Source: Cyanobacteria bacterium SW_9_44_58
GTDB lineage: Bacteria; Cyanobacteriota; Cyanobacteriia; Cyanobacteriales; Rubidibacteraceae
Assembly: GCA_003021905.1 (NCBI GenBank)
Contig: PXPI01000119.1
Location: 1,043-65,042 of the forward strand
Direction of reading: 5' to 3'
DNA length: 64,000 bases
Below are positions 7,326-16,453 of this stretch, one piece after another. The translations under genes were made by a program, and so were the position numbers. A model generated the notes under the pieces. It was not told the DNA's origin and searched no databases. It saw only the letters and a program-made list of their open reading frames with translations. How positions within the stretch are numbered: position 1 is the first letter of the stretch; every line of letters begins with the position of its first letter.

Positions 7326-8834
7326 TTGCCGAACAAAATTCCAATTCCCCACTCGGACATAGGGTTCTAATGCCGAGAGAACGGTAGCGCCATAGCTGCG
7401 ATGATTGACGCAACTATCTAGCAGGGTAACCAACCCTTGCTTTTCCCGTAAGGGAACCGCCGCTCGTTGGACTTCTCGCAGGGCAGTGGGTAACAAATAA
7501 AGGCGAAACCAATCTTGACGTTTTTGTTTATAGTAAGCGACTTGACCGGCAACCAGCGGATTTTCCAAGGAAGGCAGCGGAATTGTCGTCATAACCAATA
7601 AGCTTGGTGTGGCTAAGGCGTGTTGATAGTTTCGCCAAAATTCCCAACTGCAGACTAAAATGCCATTTTCCCTAACTTCAGTGCTTTCGAGGCGCACTCG
7701 CGACCCAAATTCCCCTGCTAAGGAAGCAGCTACCTGTCGTTTTAGCGGAACATCGCTGACAAGAATAACAATTAAATGGAGATTAACACTGGCTTCTAAT
7801 ACCAAGTGCCTTAATTTTTCCAGCAATACCGGTTGAAACTTTTGTGTGTTGGGCATAGGAATCCCATCGGGAATATATAAATTAATGGTGTCATGATCGC
7901 GATCGGGGGAAAACTTTAGCGCCGTCATTTCTGGCAAGCCCAATTGTTGACGATAGATGGGGGCCTCTTTTTCCCAATCCAAAAATCCCCCAATGAAAAC
8001 CATGGGCTGTTGTTCCCACAGGGGCGCTAACGTCTCAGCGACAGAAACGGGACAACAGGCAAGGGTAAATTCTCCAGTTTCCCGATGCATATCCGCCCAG
8101 AAAAGTTGATTGGCTTGTTGGGCTTGCTGGAAAAATTGACAAAAGCGATGATAGGGCGCTACCGCCTGTAAAGAGAGAGATAGCTTTTCCAGAATCTCTT
8201 GTTCCGGTTGATTCAGTAATAAACACTCATAGGGATTTTGCGGGCGATTATAGAGCAGTTTCGTCAGTTCCACTCGCACATTTCGAATGCTCTCTGCTTG
8301 TTGGGGATAGTCATTGAGTAATTGATTCCAATCCTGACTCCGCCAACATTGCGTTAATTGGTCTCGTGCCCACTGTTCCAGATGATCGGCTTCATCAAAA
8401 ATTGTGGGAGCATTTTGGGGCAATCGCCCTTTTTGGAACAAGCGATCCGCAAACCAGTCTTCAGGAGAGACGAGAATTAGTCCGCAATGATCTTGTAAAT
8501 ATGGGGCAGAAACACTATTTAAATCTTCCCATACCCAAACTGGGGTATTGGTTTCCAACCATTCTTTCAATTGGGGAATGGCACTGCTTAACAGTTCCTT
8601 TTGTTTGGGTTGGGGAGCCACTACAATGACAGGACGGGTAAATAACAAAGCAGGAGTTAGATAACTAAAACAGTAGCCTGAGGCAGTTCCCGTTTGCATT
8701 AAAGCCGGGCGGTTTAAACGCAATGCCCTTGCTGCTAAACGGGCCATTGTTAGATGATGGGGCCAGTTTAGCTCGGGTTGATTGCGAAGAAAGCTACGGA
8801 GAAAGGTATGAACTTCTGCTTCTATAACTGTCAC
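7275..8834 (-). CDS. DinG/Rad3-like helicase-family protein with degenerate Walker A
   Basis: 519 aa with a GTG start. A DEADHL box (..APTIFDEADHLEQW) and a DinG-type C-terminal region (..TTIPLPSLENPLVAGQV..) are present. The motif I position reads MQTGTASGY, with no GK[ST]. Confidence 0.7.
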   Translation of the reverse strand: MTVIEAEVHTFLRSFLRNQPELNWPHHLTMARLAARALRLNRPALMQTGTASGYCFSYLTPALLFTRPVIVVAPQPKQKELLSSAIPQLKEWLETNTPVWVWEDLNSVSAPYLQDHCGLILVSPEDWFADRLFQKGRLPQNAPTIFDEADHLEQWARDQLTQCWRSQDWNQLLNDYPQQAESIRNVRVELTKLLYNRPQNPYECLLLNQPEQEILEKLSLSLQAVAPYHRFCQFFQQAQQANQLFWADMHRETGEFTLACCPVSVAETLAPLWEQQPMVFIGGFLDWEKEAPIYRQQLGLPEMTALKFSPDRDHDTINLYIPDGIPMPNTQKFQPVLLEKLRHLVLEASVNLHLIVILVSDVPLKRQVAASLAGEFGSRVRLESTEVRENGILVCSWEFWRNYQHALATPSLLVMTTIPLPSLENPLVAGQVAYYKQKRQDWFRLYLLPTALREVQRAAVPLREKQGLVTLLDSCVNHRSYGATVLSALEPYVRVGNWNFVRQLLSSDIHNTIGVEDDF

Positions 8835-8885
8835 GAGAACACTTGAATTTCAATATAACCACCTTAGATCATTATAAAAAGCATC

Positions 8886-9722
8886 ATGAAGCTCGGAATT
8901 ATTGGTTTAGGATTAATTGGCGGCTCTTTAGGATTGGCGCTGCGATCGCGCGATCATTATGTGCTTGGGGTTTCCCGTCAGGAACAGACTTGTACCTTAG
9001 CCCGTCAAAAGGGGATTGTCCATGAAGCCAGTGTTGATTTCTCCCGATTGGCACAAGCGGAAGTGATTTTTATTTGCACGCCCATTGAAGCGATTTTGCC
9101 GACTGTCCAACAACTGCAACCCATTTTGTCTTCTGAAACCATTTTGACCGATGTCGGGTCAGTAAAAGCGCCGATTGTGGAAACGGTAACCCCCTTGTGG
9201 TCTAACTTTATTGGGGGACATCCCATGACAGGAACGGCCCAACAGGGAATCGCAGCCGCTCAGAGCGGGTTATTTTCCGGAACGCGCTATATTTTAACCC
9301 CAACTGAGGAAACGCCCTCACAGGCGCAAACCACTGTAACCGAAATTGTGCAATCCTTAGACACTGAGGTAATGACTTGTTCCCCGGTAACTCATGACCA
9401 AGCAGTGGCTTTGATCTCCCATTTACCGGTTTTTGTCAGCAGCACGTTAATTGCAGCCTGTCGTCAAGAACAAGATGCTGAGGTTTTGAATTTAGCGCAA
9501 ACATTGGCCAGTTCCGGGTTTCGCGATACCACTCGTGTCGGTGGCGGAAACCCTGAATTAGGGGTAATGATGGCCAAGTATAATAAACAGGCGGTGCAAC
9601 AGGCACTGTTAACGTATCGCCAACAACTCGATAGCCTCATGAGTGTCATTGAGGAAGAAAATTGGGATCAGTTGGAAATGATGTTGGGGGAAACCCAAGG
9701 GGCGCGATCGCGCTTTTTATAA
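8886..9722 (+). CDS. tyrA: Prephenate/arogenate dehydrogenase
   Basis: MKLGIIGLGLIGGSLGLALR (Rossmann GxGxxG) ... DVGSVKAPIV ... GGHPMTGT, the canonical TyrA motifs. Confidence 0.9.
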   Translation: MKLGIIGLGLIGGSLGLALRSRDHYVLGVSRQEQTCTLARQKGIVHEASVDFSRLAQAEVIFICTPIEAILPTVQQLQPILSSETILTDVGSVKAPIVETVTPLWSNFIGGHPMTGTAQQGIAAAQSGLFSGTRYILTPTEETPSQAQTTVTEIVQSLDTEVMTCSPVTHDQAVALISHLPVFVSSTLIAACRQEQDAEVLNLAQTLASSGFRDTTRVGGGNPELGVMMAKYNKQAVQQALLTYRQQLDSLMSVIEEENWDQLEMMLGETQGARSRFL

Positions 9723-9817
9723 CGATTCGTGCGAGTTATACAACTCAAAGCCACAGGGAAACAAGTGAACTACTTCTCTTAAATCAAATTATTAATAAAA
9801 TTGGGAGTTTTGTTGAA

Positions 9818-10234
9818 ATGTTAAATCCAACCAATCAGATCAAACGTACCTTAATTATGGTATTTACTCCTCTCTTCGTTATGGGAGGCGGACTGTCTTT
9901 GCAAGCGCAAACCTCGCAAGAATTGCAACCAAAAACAGAAGACACCCCTTCCCTCAGTGAGCAGTACCAAAAAATCATTGAACTGAACAAAGCCAAAAAC
10001 TTAGCGCGACAAGCAGCAGAAAAGGCAAACGGCGGATTAACGGAATATCGCGCTGAACCTGCTATGCACGGACCCGGACAAAGCACTAATTATGAGCAAA
10101 TCGAACAAGGCGTTTGGAAATTTAGGTTTAAGGGAAGACGTCCCAGTGAGGAGGAATATACTATTGAAAGTGTCGTTGTAGTTGATATGAATAATAATAC
10201 AGTTGATGTCGAGTACAACGGTCCTGTTCGTTAA
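9818..10234 (+). CDS. Small secreted hypothetical protein
   Basis: Track ORF 9662..10234. ATG at 9818 gives MLNPTNQIKRTLIMVFTPLFVMGGGLSLQAQT.., with a signal-peptide-like N-terminus. 138 aa. No family recognised. Confidence 0.55.
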   Translation: MLNPTNQIKRTLIMVFTPLFVMGGGLSLQAQTSQELQPKTEDTPSLSEQYQKIIELNKAKNLARQAAEKANGGLTEYRAEPAMHGPGQSTNYEQIEQGVWKFRFKGRRPSEEEYTIESVVVVDMNNNTVDVEYNGPVR

Positions 10235-10293
10235 TACTCTCTTACCAAAATTCACAGGTCTAGAGCCCATCCTCACCAACGGTCGCAGATTAC

Positions 10294-10547
10294 GCCGAAA
10301 TCAAATTCCGGCGCCTGCTACGAGCTAAAGGAAGGAGATTTTCGTTTCAATCGCAATCTCCTTCTAAGCTAATGGGAATTTGACTTCTCTTCGCTCTAAA
10401 GAGACGAGGATTCTAAAAGGTGGCTTCGTATCAGGACGGGGCTTTCCTTTGGTTCGGGTCTCTTACATTCGGAGGAAACCTCCGAATTAGACCCTCACAG
10501 GGTGCTGAAATGAATTCAGCACACAGCCCCTTCTAAAGCCGTGATAC
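10294..10547. ncRNA. Candidate structured RNA of unassigned family (strand undetermined)
   Basis: Nested perfect helices at 10428-10433/10542-10547, 10438-10443/10525-10530, 10456-10461/10489-10494, 10467-10475/10479-10487 and 10502-10509/10515-10522. Further hairpins at 10323-10370 and 10294-10312. They sit in a 680-bp stretch with no ORF of 60 aa or more. Confidence 0.3.
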
Positions 10548-10913
10548 TCCGCGTTATTATCTTAGAGTTCCAGATATACAGTCACCGATGGCAGAGTCAA
10601 TGCTACCCTACTGACCTTGGCTAAACTAATGTTTAGCTGTATCTCTACTTTCGAGTTACCTGCAAGTTACTTTCATACTGCCAAGTCAAATCATTACTTC
10701 GTTGTTTAAGTATTAACAGGATTTTTAGTTAGCTCGTTTGGGTTTTTCACCAATTATTGGAGCTTTCTTTAATTATAACAGACACAAAAGACTAAAGTCT
10801 TAAAGTGCCATTCATCCCTCAATTTGAAATCGAGGGCTTTCTGGCTGAACTACTGTAAGGCAATAAGTCGTGTCATGCTAGTTTGGAAGTAACGTCGTTT
10901 CCCATAGCTGTTT

Positions 10914-11168
10914 ATGCTCAAAGCATTCTTAATTGGCATGATTCGCCTCTATCGTGCTTTAATTTCTCCTCTTTTTCCCCCCAGTTGTCGATTTCAGCCC
11001 ACTTGCTCCCAATATGCCATAGAAGCAGTACAAGAATTTGGCATCTGGCAAGGGAGTTGGTTAGCGATTAAACGTATTCTACGCTGTCATCCCCTACATC
11101 CAGGGGGTTATGATCCGGTTCCCAGTAAAAAAGAGCAAACCGATAACTTCAAGCTCAAAAAAGAGTAA
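10914..11168 (+). CDS. yidD: Membrane protein insertion efficiency factor YidD
   Basis: [65 protein letters not shown], the full YidD signature. Confidence 0.9.
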   Translation: MLKAFLIGMIRLYRALISPLFPPSCRFQPTCSQYAIEAVQEFGIWQGSWLAIKRILRCHPLHPGGYDPVPSKKEQTDNFKLKKE

Positions 11169-11201
11169 CTAAAACAAAAACACCCATTAGTCTCACCAAT
11201 T

Positions 11202-12200
11202 ATGTCAGTTATTACTGTTGAAAATTTGAGTAAAGTTTATCCAGTTGCCGTTAAAAATACCGGATTAAAAGGAGCAATCAAACATTTTTTTAAACGCAGT
11301 TATCGTTATGTTCATGCCGTTAATGATGTGACATTTTATGTGGAACCGGGAGAAATTGTTGGCTTTTTAGGGGCAAATGGGGCCGGAAAAACCACCACGC
11401 TCAAAATGTTAACCGGATTAATTCATCCCTCCCAAGGACGAGTGCAAGTTGCTGGTTATCAGCCATTTCGCCGCCAGCATGCTTTCCTCAGACAAATGAG
11501 TTTGGTGATGGGACAAAAACAGCAATTATTGTGGGATTTACCAGCAATCGATTCCTTAAAAATTAATGCAGCTATCTATCAAATTCCTGATGCGGAATTT
11601 CGGCAACGGGTGGGAGAATTTAGTGAAATGTTGGCGTTAGAAGACAAGCTGAGTAAACCGGTTCGTAAATTATCTTTAGGGGAACGCATGAAGGCGGAAT
11701 TATTAGCAGCTTTGCTTCATTATCCGAAAGTTTTATTTTTGGATGAACCAACATTAGGGTTAGATGTGAATGCCCAAGCAGCGGTTCGAGAATTTTTAAG
11801 AGACTATAATCAACGCCATCAAGCCACCATAATTCTCACAAGTCATTATATGGCTGATATTACCGCCTTGTGTAAGCGAGTCATTTTAATGCACCAAGGG
11901 GCATTATTTTATGATGGGGGTTTAGCGGAATTAGTGGAACAATTTGCCCCCTATCGAGAAGTAATGGTGGAATTCGCCCAGGCATTGCCGGAGGAAAAGC
12001 TAGCCCAATATGGTGAATTAGAAGAAGTGGAAGGGCGCGAAGCTCGGTTTATTCTCCGTCGAGAAGACTTAACCCAAACCACAACCAAACTATTAAACCA
12101 ATTAGATGTGGTTGATTTAAAAGTCAGTGATCCGCCAATTGAAGAAATTATTGGCCGTTTATTGCATCAGGGTGGATTTGCTAAAATTGAATCTTCGTGA
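11202..12200 (+). CDS. ABC transporter ATP-binding protein (ABC-2/COG4586-like)
   Basis: Walker A GANGAGKTT, signature LSLGERMK, Walker B LFLDEPTLGLD, and a long C-terminal regulatory extension. Confidence 0.85.
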   Translation: MSVITVENLSKVYPVAVKNTGLKGAIKHFFKRSYRYVHAVNDVTFYVEPGEIVGFLGANGAGKTTTLKMLTGLIHPSQGRVQVAGYQPFRRQHAFLRQMSLVMGQKQQLLWDLPAIDSLKINAAIYQIPDAEFRQRVGEFSEMLALEDKLSKPVRKLSLGERMKAELLAALLHYPKVLFLDEPTLGLDVNAQAAVREFLRDYNQRHQATIILTSHYMADITALCKRVILMHQGALFYDGGLAELVEQFAPYREVMVEFAQALPEEKLAQYGELEEVEGREARFILRREDLTQTTTKLLNQLDVVDLKVSDPPIEEIIGRLLHQGGFAKIESS

Positions 12201-12395
12201 GCCAGCAAACATTTGTTAATAAAGTTTCAAGAAAAACTGATTAAAACGATTGTACTAGACTTTTCAATAAGCATTGTTTTTCCCTTTCCAAGACCTAATT
12301 GAAAGTGATTTTTTGATAGTTGAATTGCAATTTACTGGCAATTCTTTTTCTAATATACGATTTACGTTATTTAAGTTAAACATTTTCCAATAGAA

Positions 12396-13046
12396 ATGGT
12401 CATGAAACTATATTATATTCCTTTAACTCGCGCTACTCGTCCTCGTTGGTTATTAGAAGAAATGGAACTGTCTTATGAACTAATTAATGTTGTGGAAAAT
12501 CCCCATCGATTTGAGCATAAGCAACGCCATCCTCATGGCAAAGTTCCGGTTTTTGTTGATAATTATGTTGCGATTTATGAGTCAACCGCCATCTGTGCTT
12601 ATTTAGCCGATCAATATCCAGAGAAACAATTTGCGCCTTCTAGTAAAAGCCCAGCGCGAGCGTATTATTACCAATGGCTGTTTTATGCCTCTGTTACTTT
12701 AGAGGCTCCTGTTGAGAAATATCTGTTTCAGAAAAATCCTCATTTGCCAGAAAGTTTATCACCCAATAGTGAGCGTCAAAGCCTTTCTCAAGAAGAAATC
12801 TTACAGTGGTTTGCTAGAGTTTGCCAGCCGCTGCATCAACATTTGAACAATAATAATTATTTGGTTGAAAATCAATTAACCACTGCCGATATTGTGACAG
12901 GGGGCGTTTTGTATTGGGCATTTTTACTAGGCATGATGACAGAACAAACTCTTGTAAAAAATTATCTGATGCGATTAATGGAACGTCCTGCGTTTAAACG
13001 CGTTCATGAGAAAAATGTAGAAAACTTAAACTACCCCCAATGTTGA
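12396..13046 (+). CDS. Glutathione S-transferase family protein
   Basis: MKLYYIPLTRATRPRWLLEEMELSYELINV...HPHGKVPVFVDN..IYESTAICAYLA. This is a thioredoxin-like GST N-domain plus a helical C-domain. Confidence 0.8.
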   Translation: MVMKLYYIPLTRATRPRWLLEEMELSYELINVVENPHRFEHKQRHPHGKVPVFVDNYVAIYESTAICAYLADQYPEKQFAPSSKSPARAYYYQWLFYASVTLEAPVEKYLFQKNPHLPESLSPNSERQSLSQEEILQWFARVCQPLHQHLNNNNYLVENQLTTADIVTGGVLYWAFLLGMMTEQTLVKNYLMRLMERPAFKRVHEKNVENLNYPQC

Positions 13047-14047
13047 AATCCTTGGCTTAAACTTAAATCGGAGTTGTCTTCTAATATTCTGACATCTGTT
13101 TCTGCAGTAATTTCTCCAATAATTCTGGCTGGATTGCCCAACTGTTCCTGTAGCTTTTCTGCAGCAGTTTGAGGCAATGTTAATACCAATTCAAAGTCTT
13201 CACCGCCGTATAATGTCCATTTCTTTGCCTTTTCCGGAGAAACCCATTTTGAGACTTCAGCAGGAATTGGAAGCAACGCAGCATTAATCTTTGCGCCTAC
13301 GCCGCTTGCCCGACAAATTTGCACAATGGCGTCAGCTAAACCATCACTGCTATCCATGCCGCCCACTCGAAATTGCGGCAAGACATTCCATAGCAAAGGC
13401 AAAACATCAAAGCGGGGCTTTGGATGTTGATGCGCTTTAATTAATTTCTGACGAGCGAAAGCATCTAATTTGTCTCCTTGTTCAGGATGCAATAATAATT
13501 CTAAGCCGGCGCGAGACGCCCCATGTTCTCCTGTGACTAAAATGGCGTCCCCAACTTTGGCATCCTGACGCCGGATTACTCGTTGCGGTTGCACTTCCCC
13601 GATGGCAGTAATGGAAATTGCAACAACACAGGAGCGGGTCACATCGCCGCCCCATAACGCCGCTTGATATTGCTGCAAACAATCGCTTAACCCCTGGTAG
13701 AGGCGTTCCACCCAGGAAACAGGTACCGTTCCAGTCAGACTTAACCCTACCGTAATTCCCAGGGGCATTGCCCCCATGGCCGCTAAATCCGATAAATTGG
13801 CAACCACCGCGCGCCAGCCCACATCTTCCGGCGAGGTAGTGTGAACGTCCGGTTGGGCCATTCCATCGCTAAAGTGCACGCCATCAACGAAAACATCCGT
13901 GGTAACCGCCAGGGAATGATCGCTGGTGCAGCTGCCAACTACAGCAGCATCATCCCCAATGATTTCAGGAGAACAAAAGCTGTGCAATTTAGCCAACAGC
14001 CCTTGTTCGCCAATGTCTGCAACTGTGAGATCAGCTGGTTGTGTCAT
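13031..14047 (-). CDS. thiL: Thiamine-monophosphate kinase
   Basis: ..VADIGEQGLLAKL..IGDDAAVV..TTDVFVDGVHF... The AIR-synthase-like ThiL layout. The track starts at a TTG (14062); the first ATG is at 14047. Confidence 0.85.
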   Translation of the reverse strand: MTQPADLTVADIGEQGLLAKLHSFCSPEIIGDDAAVVGSCTSDHSLAVTTDVFVDGVHFSDGMAQPDVHTTSPEDVGWRAVVANLSDLAAMGAMPLGITVGLSLTGTVPVSWVERLYQGLSDCLQQYQAALWGGDVTRSCVVAISITAIGEVQPQRVIRRQDAKVGDAILVTGEHGASRAGLELLLHPEQGDKLDAFARQKLIKAHQHPKPRFDVLPLLWNVLPQFRVGGMDSSDGLADAIVQICRASGVGAKINAALLPIPAEVSKWVSPEKAKKWTLYGGEDFELVLTLPQTAAEKLQEQLGNPARIIGEITAETDVRILEDNSDLSLSQGFQHWG

Positions 14048-15218
14048 CGTCGCTGTTGGCAACGGTTTGGGTTGCGTTGGGACGTTCTAGGTTTTGTAGG
14101 CCATTCACCACAGTGGCAGAAATCATTTTATCTCCTTCCTTAATATCTTCTAGAATTTCCTCGCCCTCAACGGTATAGCCGAAGACAGCATAGCGTCCGT
14201 CCATAAAGTTATTTCCCGGGGGCGTTAATTCCGAATCAAACTTGAAGAAGAAAAACTGAGAAGACCCGCCATTGGGATCGCTGCTGGGACGCGCGATCGC
14301 GACCGCGCCATCGGCGGAAAAAGGAAGGACTGGCTGGTCTTGATACCGTCCAAGTTGTTCCAGGGTTGCGCCATAAATGGGTTTTTCATCCCCTCTAACC
14401 AGAATTTCTAAAGGAATCGAGCGATATTCACCGGTTTCAGGATCAATAAAGCCTTCTTCCGGCCCCGGCGGATCCCCGGTTTGTACGGCAAAATCATTAA
14501 CACGGTTAAATTCTAACCCATCATAGAAACCGCGATCGACTAAATCGACAAAGTTTCCGGCACTAATGGGGGCACTATAGCCATCGGCAATAACGGTTAA
14601 ATTGCCTTTGTTGGTTTCCACTTCGACAGTGGCTCGGCCTTTCAACTGAGGCAAATCGGAATATTCTTCCGGAACTTCAAAGGGAAATTCCGCCACTAGC
14701 AGGGCTTCGAGATCATCAAGCTGTTGCAAGATATTGCGACGGGTAATCCAAACCTGGGAAATATCGCGTTTGTCAACAATTTCTCGCAACTCATTGACAT
14801 TCTCCTTAATCTCAGGAAGCAAGGCTTCAACTTGTTCGCGATTCTCTTCCGGTGTGTTGGCCAATAACTCATCCCTTTGTGAATTGAGAACCCGACTGGC
14901 ATCTTTAACATCCCGATTAATGGGGCCCCAACGTTTTCCTCGCAATTGCAAGCCAATATCTTCAATACTGCGTTGGAGTTTCCGTGCGGGATAATTTTCA
15001 AAGGGCAGAGAGTAACGCAACAATGTGGTCGGGTCGGTAATTGCTTCGCCTTTGGGAAGCAGACTTTCTCGTTTGTTTTGATCTTTCTCGGGGGAATCCT
15101 GCCCGAAGTCCCACCAGGCACCGCTCAGTCCAAGGGAAAGACTAATTAATAATAAGGTAAGAACACTAGTTTTTAGTAAAGGGCGTAACTGTCCTAGCCA
15201 TTTCAATGGTTTTAACAT
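14031..15218 (-). CDS. Cyclophilin-type peptidyl-prolyl isomerase with N-terminal helical domain (thylakoid-lumen TLP40/CYP38-like)
   Basis: N-terminal signal/TM segment, then a long helical region, then a cyclophilin domain: ..DGYSAPISAGNFVDLVDRGFYDGLEFNRV..FAVQTGDP...SSQFFFF... Confidence 0.8.
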   Translation of the reverse strand: MLKPLKWLGQLRPLLKTSVLTLLLISLSLGLSGAWWDFGQDSPEKDQNKRESLLPKGEAITDPTTLLRYSLPFENYPARKLQRSIEDIGLQLRGKRWGPINRDVKDASRVLNSQRDELLANTPEENREQVEALLPEIKENVNELREIVDKRDISQVWITRRNILQQLDDLEALLVAEFPFEVPEEYSDLPQLKGRATVEVETNKGNLTVIADGYSAPISAGNFVDLVDRGFYDGLEFNRVNDFAVQTGDPPGPEEGFIDPETGEYRSIPLEILVRGDEKPIYGATLEQLGRYQDQPVLPFSADGAVAIARPSSDPNGGSSQFFFFKFDSELTPPGNNFMDGRYAVFGYTVEGEEILEDIKEGDKMISATVVNGLQNLERPNATQTVANSDDDTTS

Positions 15219-15347
15219 AGCTGGTTTGGGTTTCTAGGAGAACATCTAAACCTTAATGTACACGCTTGTTAGTCTCCCTATCAAATGTCGGTGGGATCAA
15301 ATTCGTGTAAGGAAAGCGCTCATCAGGCACTCTCCCATTGCAACCGG

Positions 15348-16415
15348 CTAATGCAAACGGTTGCCGCTATCTATATCAAACCAATGCAGCCCAGTATTAG
15401 GAAGGGCTAATGCTATCTGATCGCGATCCCAGTTTTGATCGGCAGGAATTAAACTGCGAAGGGTTTTCTCCGACCCTTCAATCTGAACTGTCAACAATTG
15501 TTCTTTCCCTAAATCTTCTACCAAAATTACTTTCCCACGCACCACTTGTTCATCGCTTTCTGCGGCTAAGCGGACATCTTCCGGACGGATGCCTAATATG
15601 ATTTGCCGAGGAATCTCTGACAAGTCAGGAAGATTAATCCCAAAGTCTCCTAACATCGCCTGTTGTCCTTTACAATTTAAGGTCATAAGATTCATTTGCG
15701 GACTGCCCATAAAGCCAGCAACAAAACTATTGGCAGGATAATTGTAAATTTGATAGGGAGTATCCAATTGTTGCAACACGCCATCGTAGAGTAAAGCAAT
15801 GCGGGTAGAAAGTGTCATGGCCTCGGTTTGGTCGTGCGTTACATAAACCACTGGTTTATTTTGCGACTTAAAAATCTGTTTAAGTTCTGCCCGCACTTGT
15901 TCCCTTAGCAAGGCATCCAAGTTGCTTAAGGGTTCATCTAACAAAAACACTTCCGGTTCCCGGACCAAAGCCCGTGCCACAGCAACCCGTTGCCGTTGTC
16001 CGCCAGACAGTTGACCCGGTTTGCGGTCTAACAGAGATTGGTCTAAGTCGAGTTTTTGGACAACCTCACTGACTCGTTTCTGAATTTCCCCACTAGGGGT
16101 TTTGCGAATTTTCAAAGGAGAGGCAATATTGTCGGCAATGGTCATGTGAGGATAGAGGGCATAACTTTGGAAAACCATGGCCACATTCCGTTCTCCTGGA
16201 GGAATATGATTCATGGTCTTGCCATTAATCGCCACTTGTCCCTGGGTGGGTTCTTCTAAGCCGGCAATTAAGCGTAGGGTGGTTGATTTGCCGCAGCCGG
16301 AGGGACCGACAAAGGTGAGAAATTCCCCATCGTCAATATCCACGGATAAGTCTTTGATGGGAATGGTAGTGGCATTATATTCTTTACGCAGGTTTTGGAG
16401 TTGTAATTTAGCCAT
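15348..16415 (-). CDS. Sugar ABC transporter ATP-binding protein (MalK/UgpC type)
   Basis: FVGPSGCGKSTTLRLIAGLE, LSGGQRQRVAVARAL, FLLDEPLSNLDA, and a C-terminal TOBE-like domain. Confidence 0.9.
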   Translation of the reverse strand: MAKLQLQNLRKEYNATTIPIKDLSVDIDDGEFLTFVGPSGCGKSTTLRLIAGLEEPTQGQVAINGKTMNHIPPGERNVAMVFQSYALYPHMTIADNIASPLKIRKTPSGEIQKRVSEVVQKLDLDQSLLDRKPGQLSGGQRQRVAVARALVREPEVFLLDEPLSNLDALLREQVRAELKQIFKSQNKPVVYVTHDQTEAMTLSTRIALLYDGVLQQLDTPYQIYNYPANSFVAGFMGSPQMNLMTLNCKGQQAMLGDFGINLPDLSEIPRQIILGIRPEDVRLAAESDEQVVRGKVILVEDLGKEQLLTVQIEGSEKTLRSLIPADQNWDRDQIALALPNTGLHWFDIDSGNRLH

Positions 16416-16453
16416 TTTTCCAGTAATAAATTATGAATACAATTATCGACTTC

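Noticed and set aside
9662-9817. N-terminal extensions in the ORF track that begin at non-ATG codons. Examples: 9662, 5656, 47513, 45007, 5327, 19661, 30257.
   Set aside because: In each case the extension overlaps or crowds the upstream gene or lacks protein-like features. An internal ATG, often with a Shine-Dalgarno (as for rpsB at 47549), gives the canonical conserved N-terminus, so I used the shorter coordinates.
10428-10547. Tried to read the three-way junction as tmRNA, RNase P RNA or a type III hammerhead on the minus strand. There the junction strands read GU / CCUGUGA / GAACCAAAGGAA, and an A-U pair closes the outer stem.
   Set aside because: There is no T-arm, no CCA-proximal acceptor structure and no plausible tag reading frame for tmRNA. 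The GGAAAGUCCGGGCUCC-type P4 of RNase P RNA is absent. For a hammerhead, the CUGANGA box is one nucleotide short, the cleavage-site nucleotide would be G, and the GAAA strand carries 8 extra nucleotides. The resemblance is superficial.
10817-10841. Hairpin CCCTCAATTTGAAATCGAGGG followed by CTTTCT, about 75 nt before yidD; considered as a terminator or riboswitch expression platform.
   Set aside because: The stem is imperfect, the T-run is very weak, and it lies about 270 nt from the structured core. I cannot support a terminator call.
14696-15121. 141-aa minus-strand ORF, plus the plus-strand ORFs 14734..14994 and 14946..15149.
   Set aside because: All are alternative-frame or antisense shadows of the cyclophilin-type isomerase gene.
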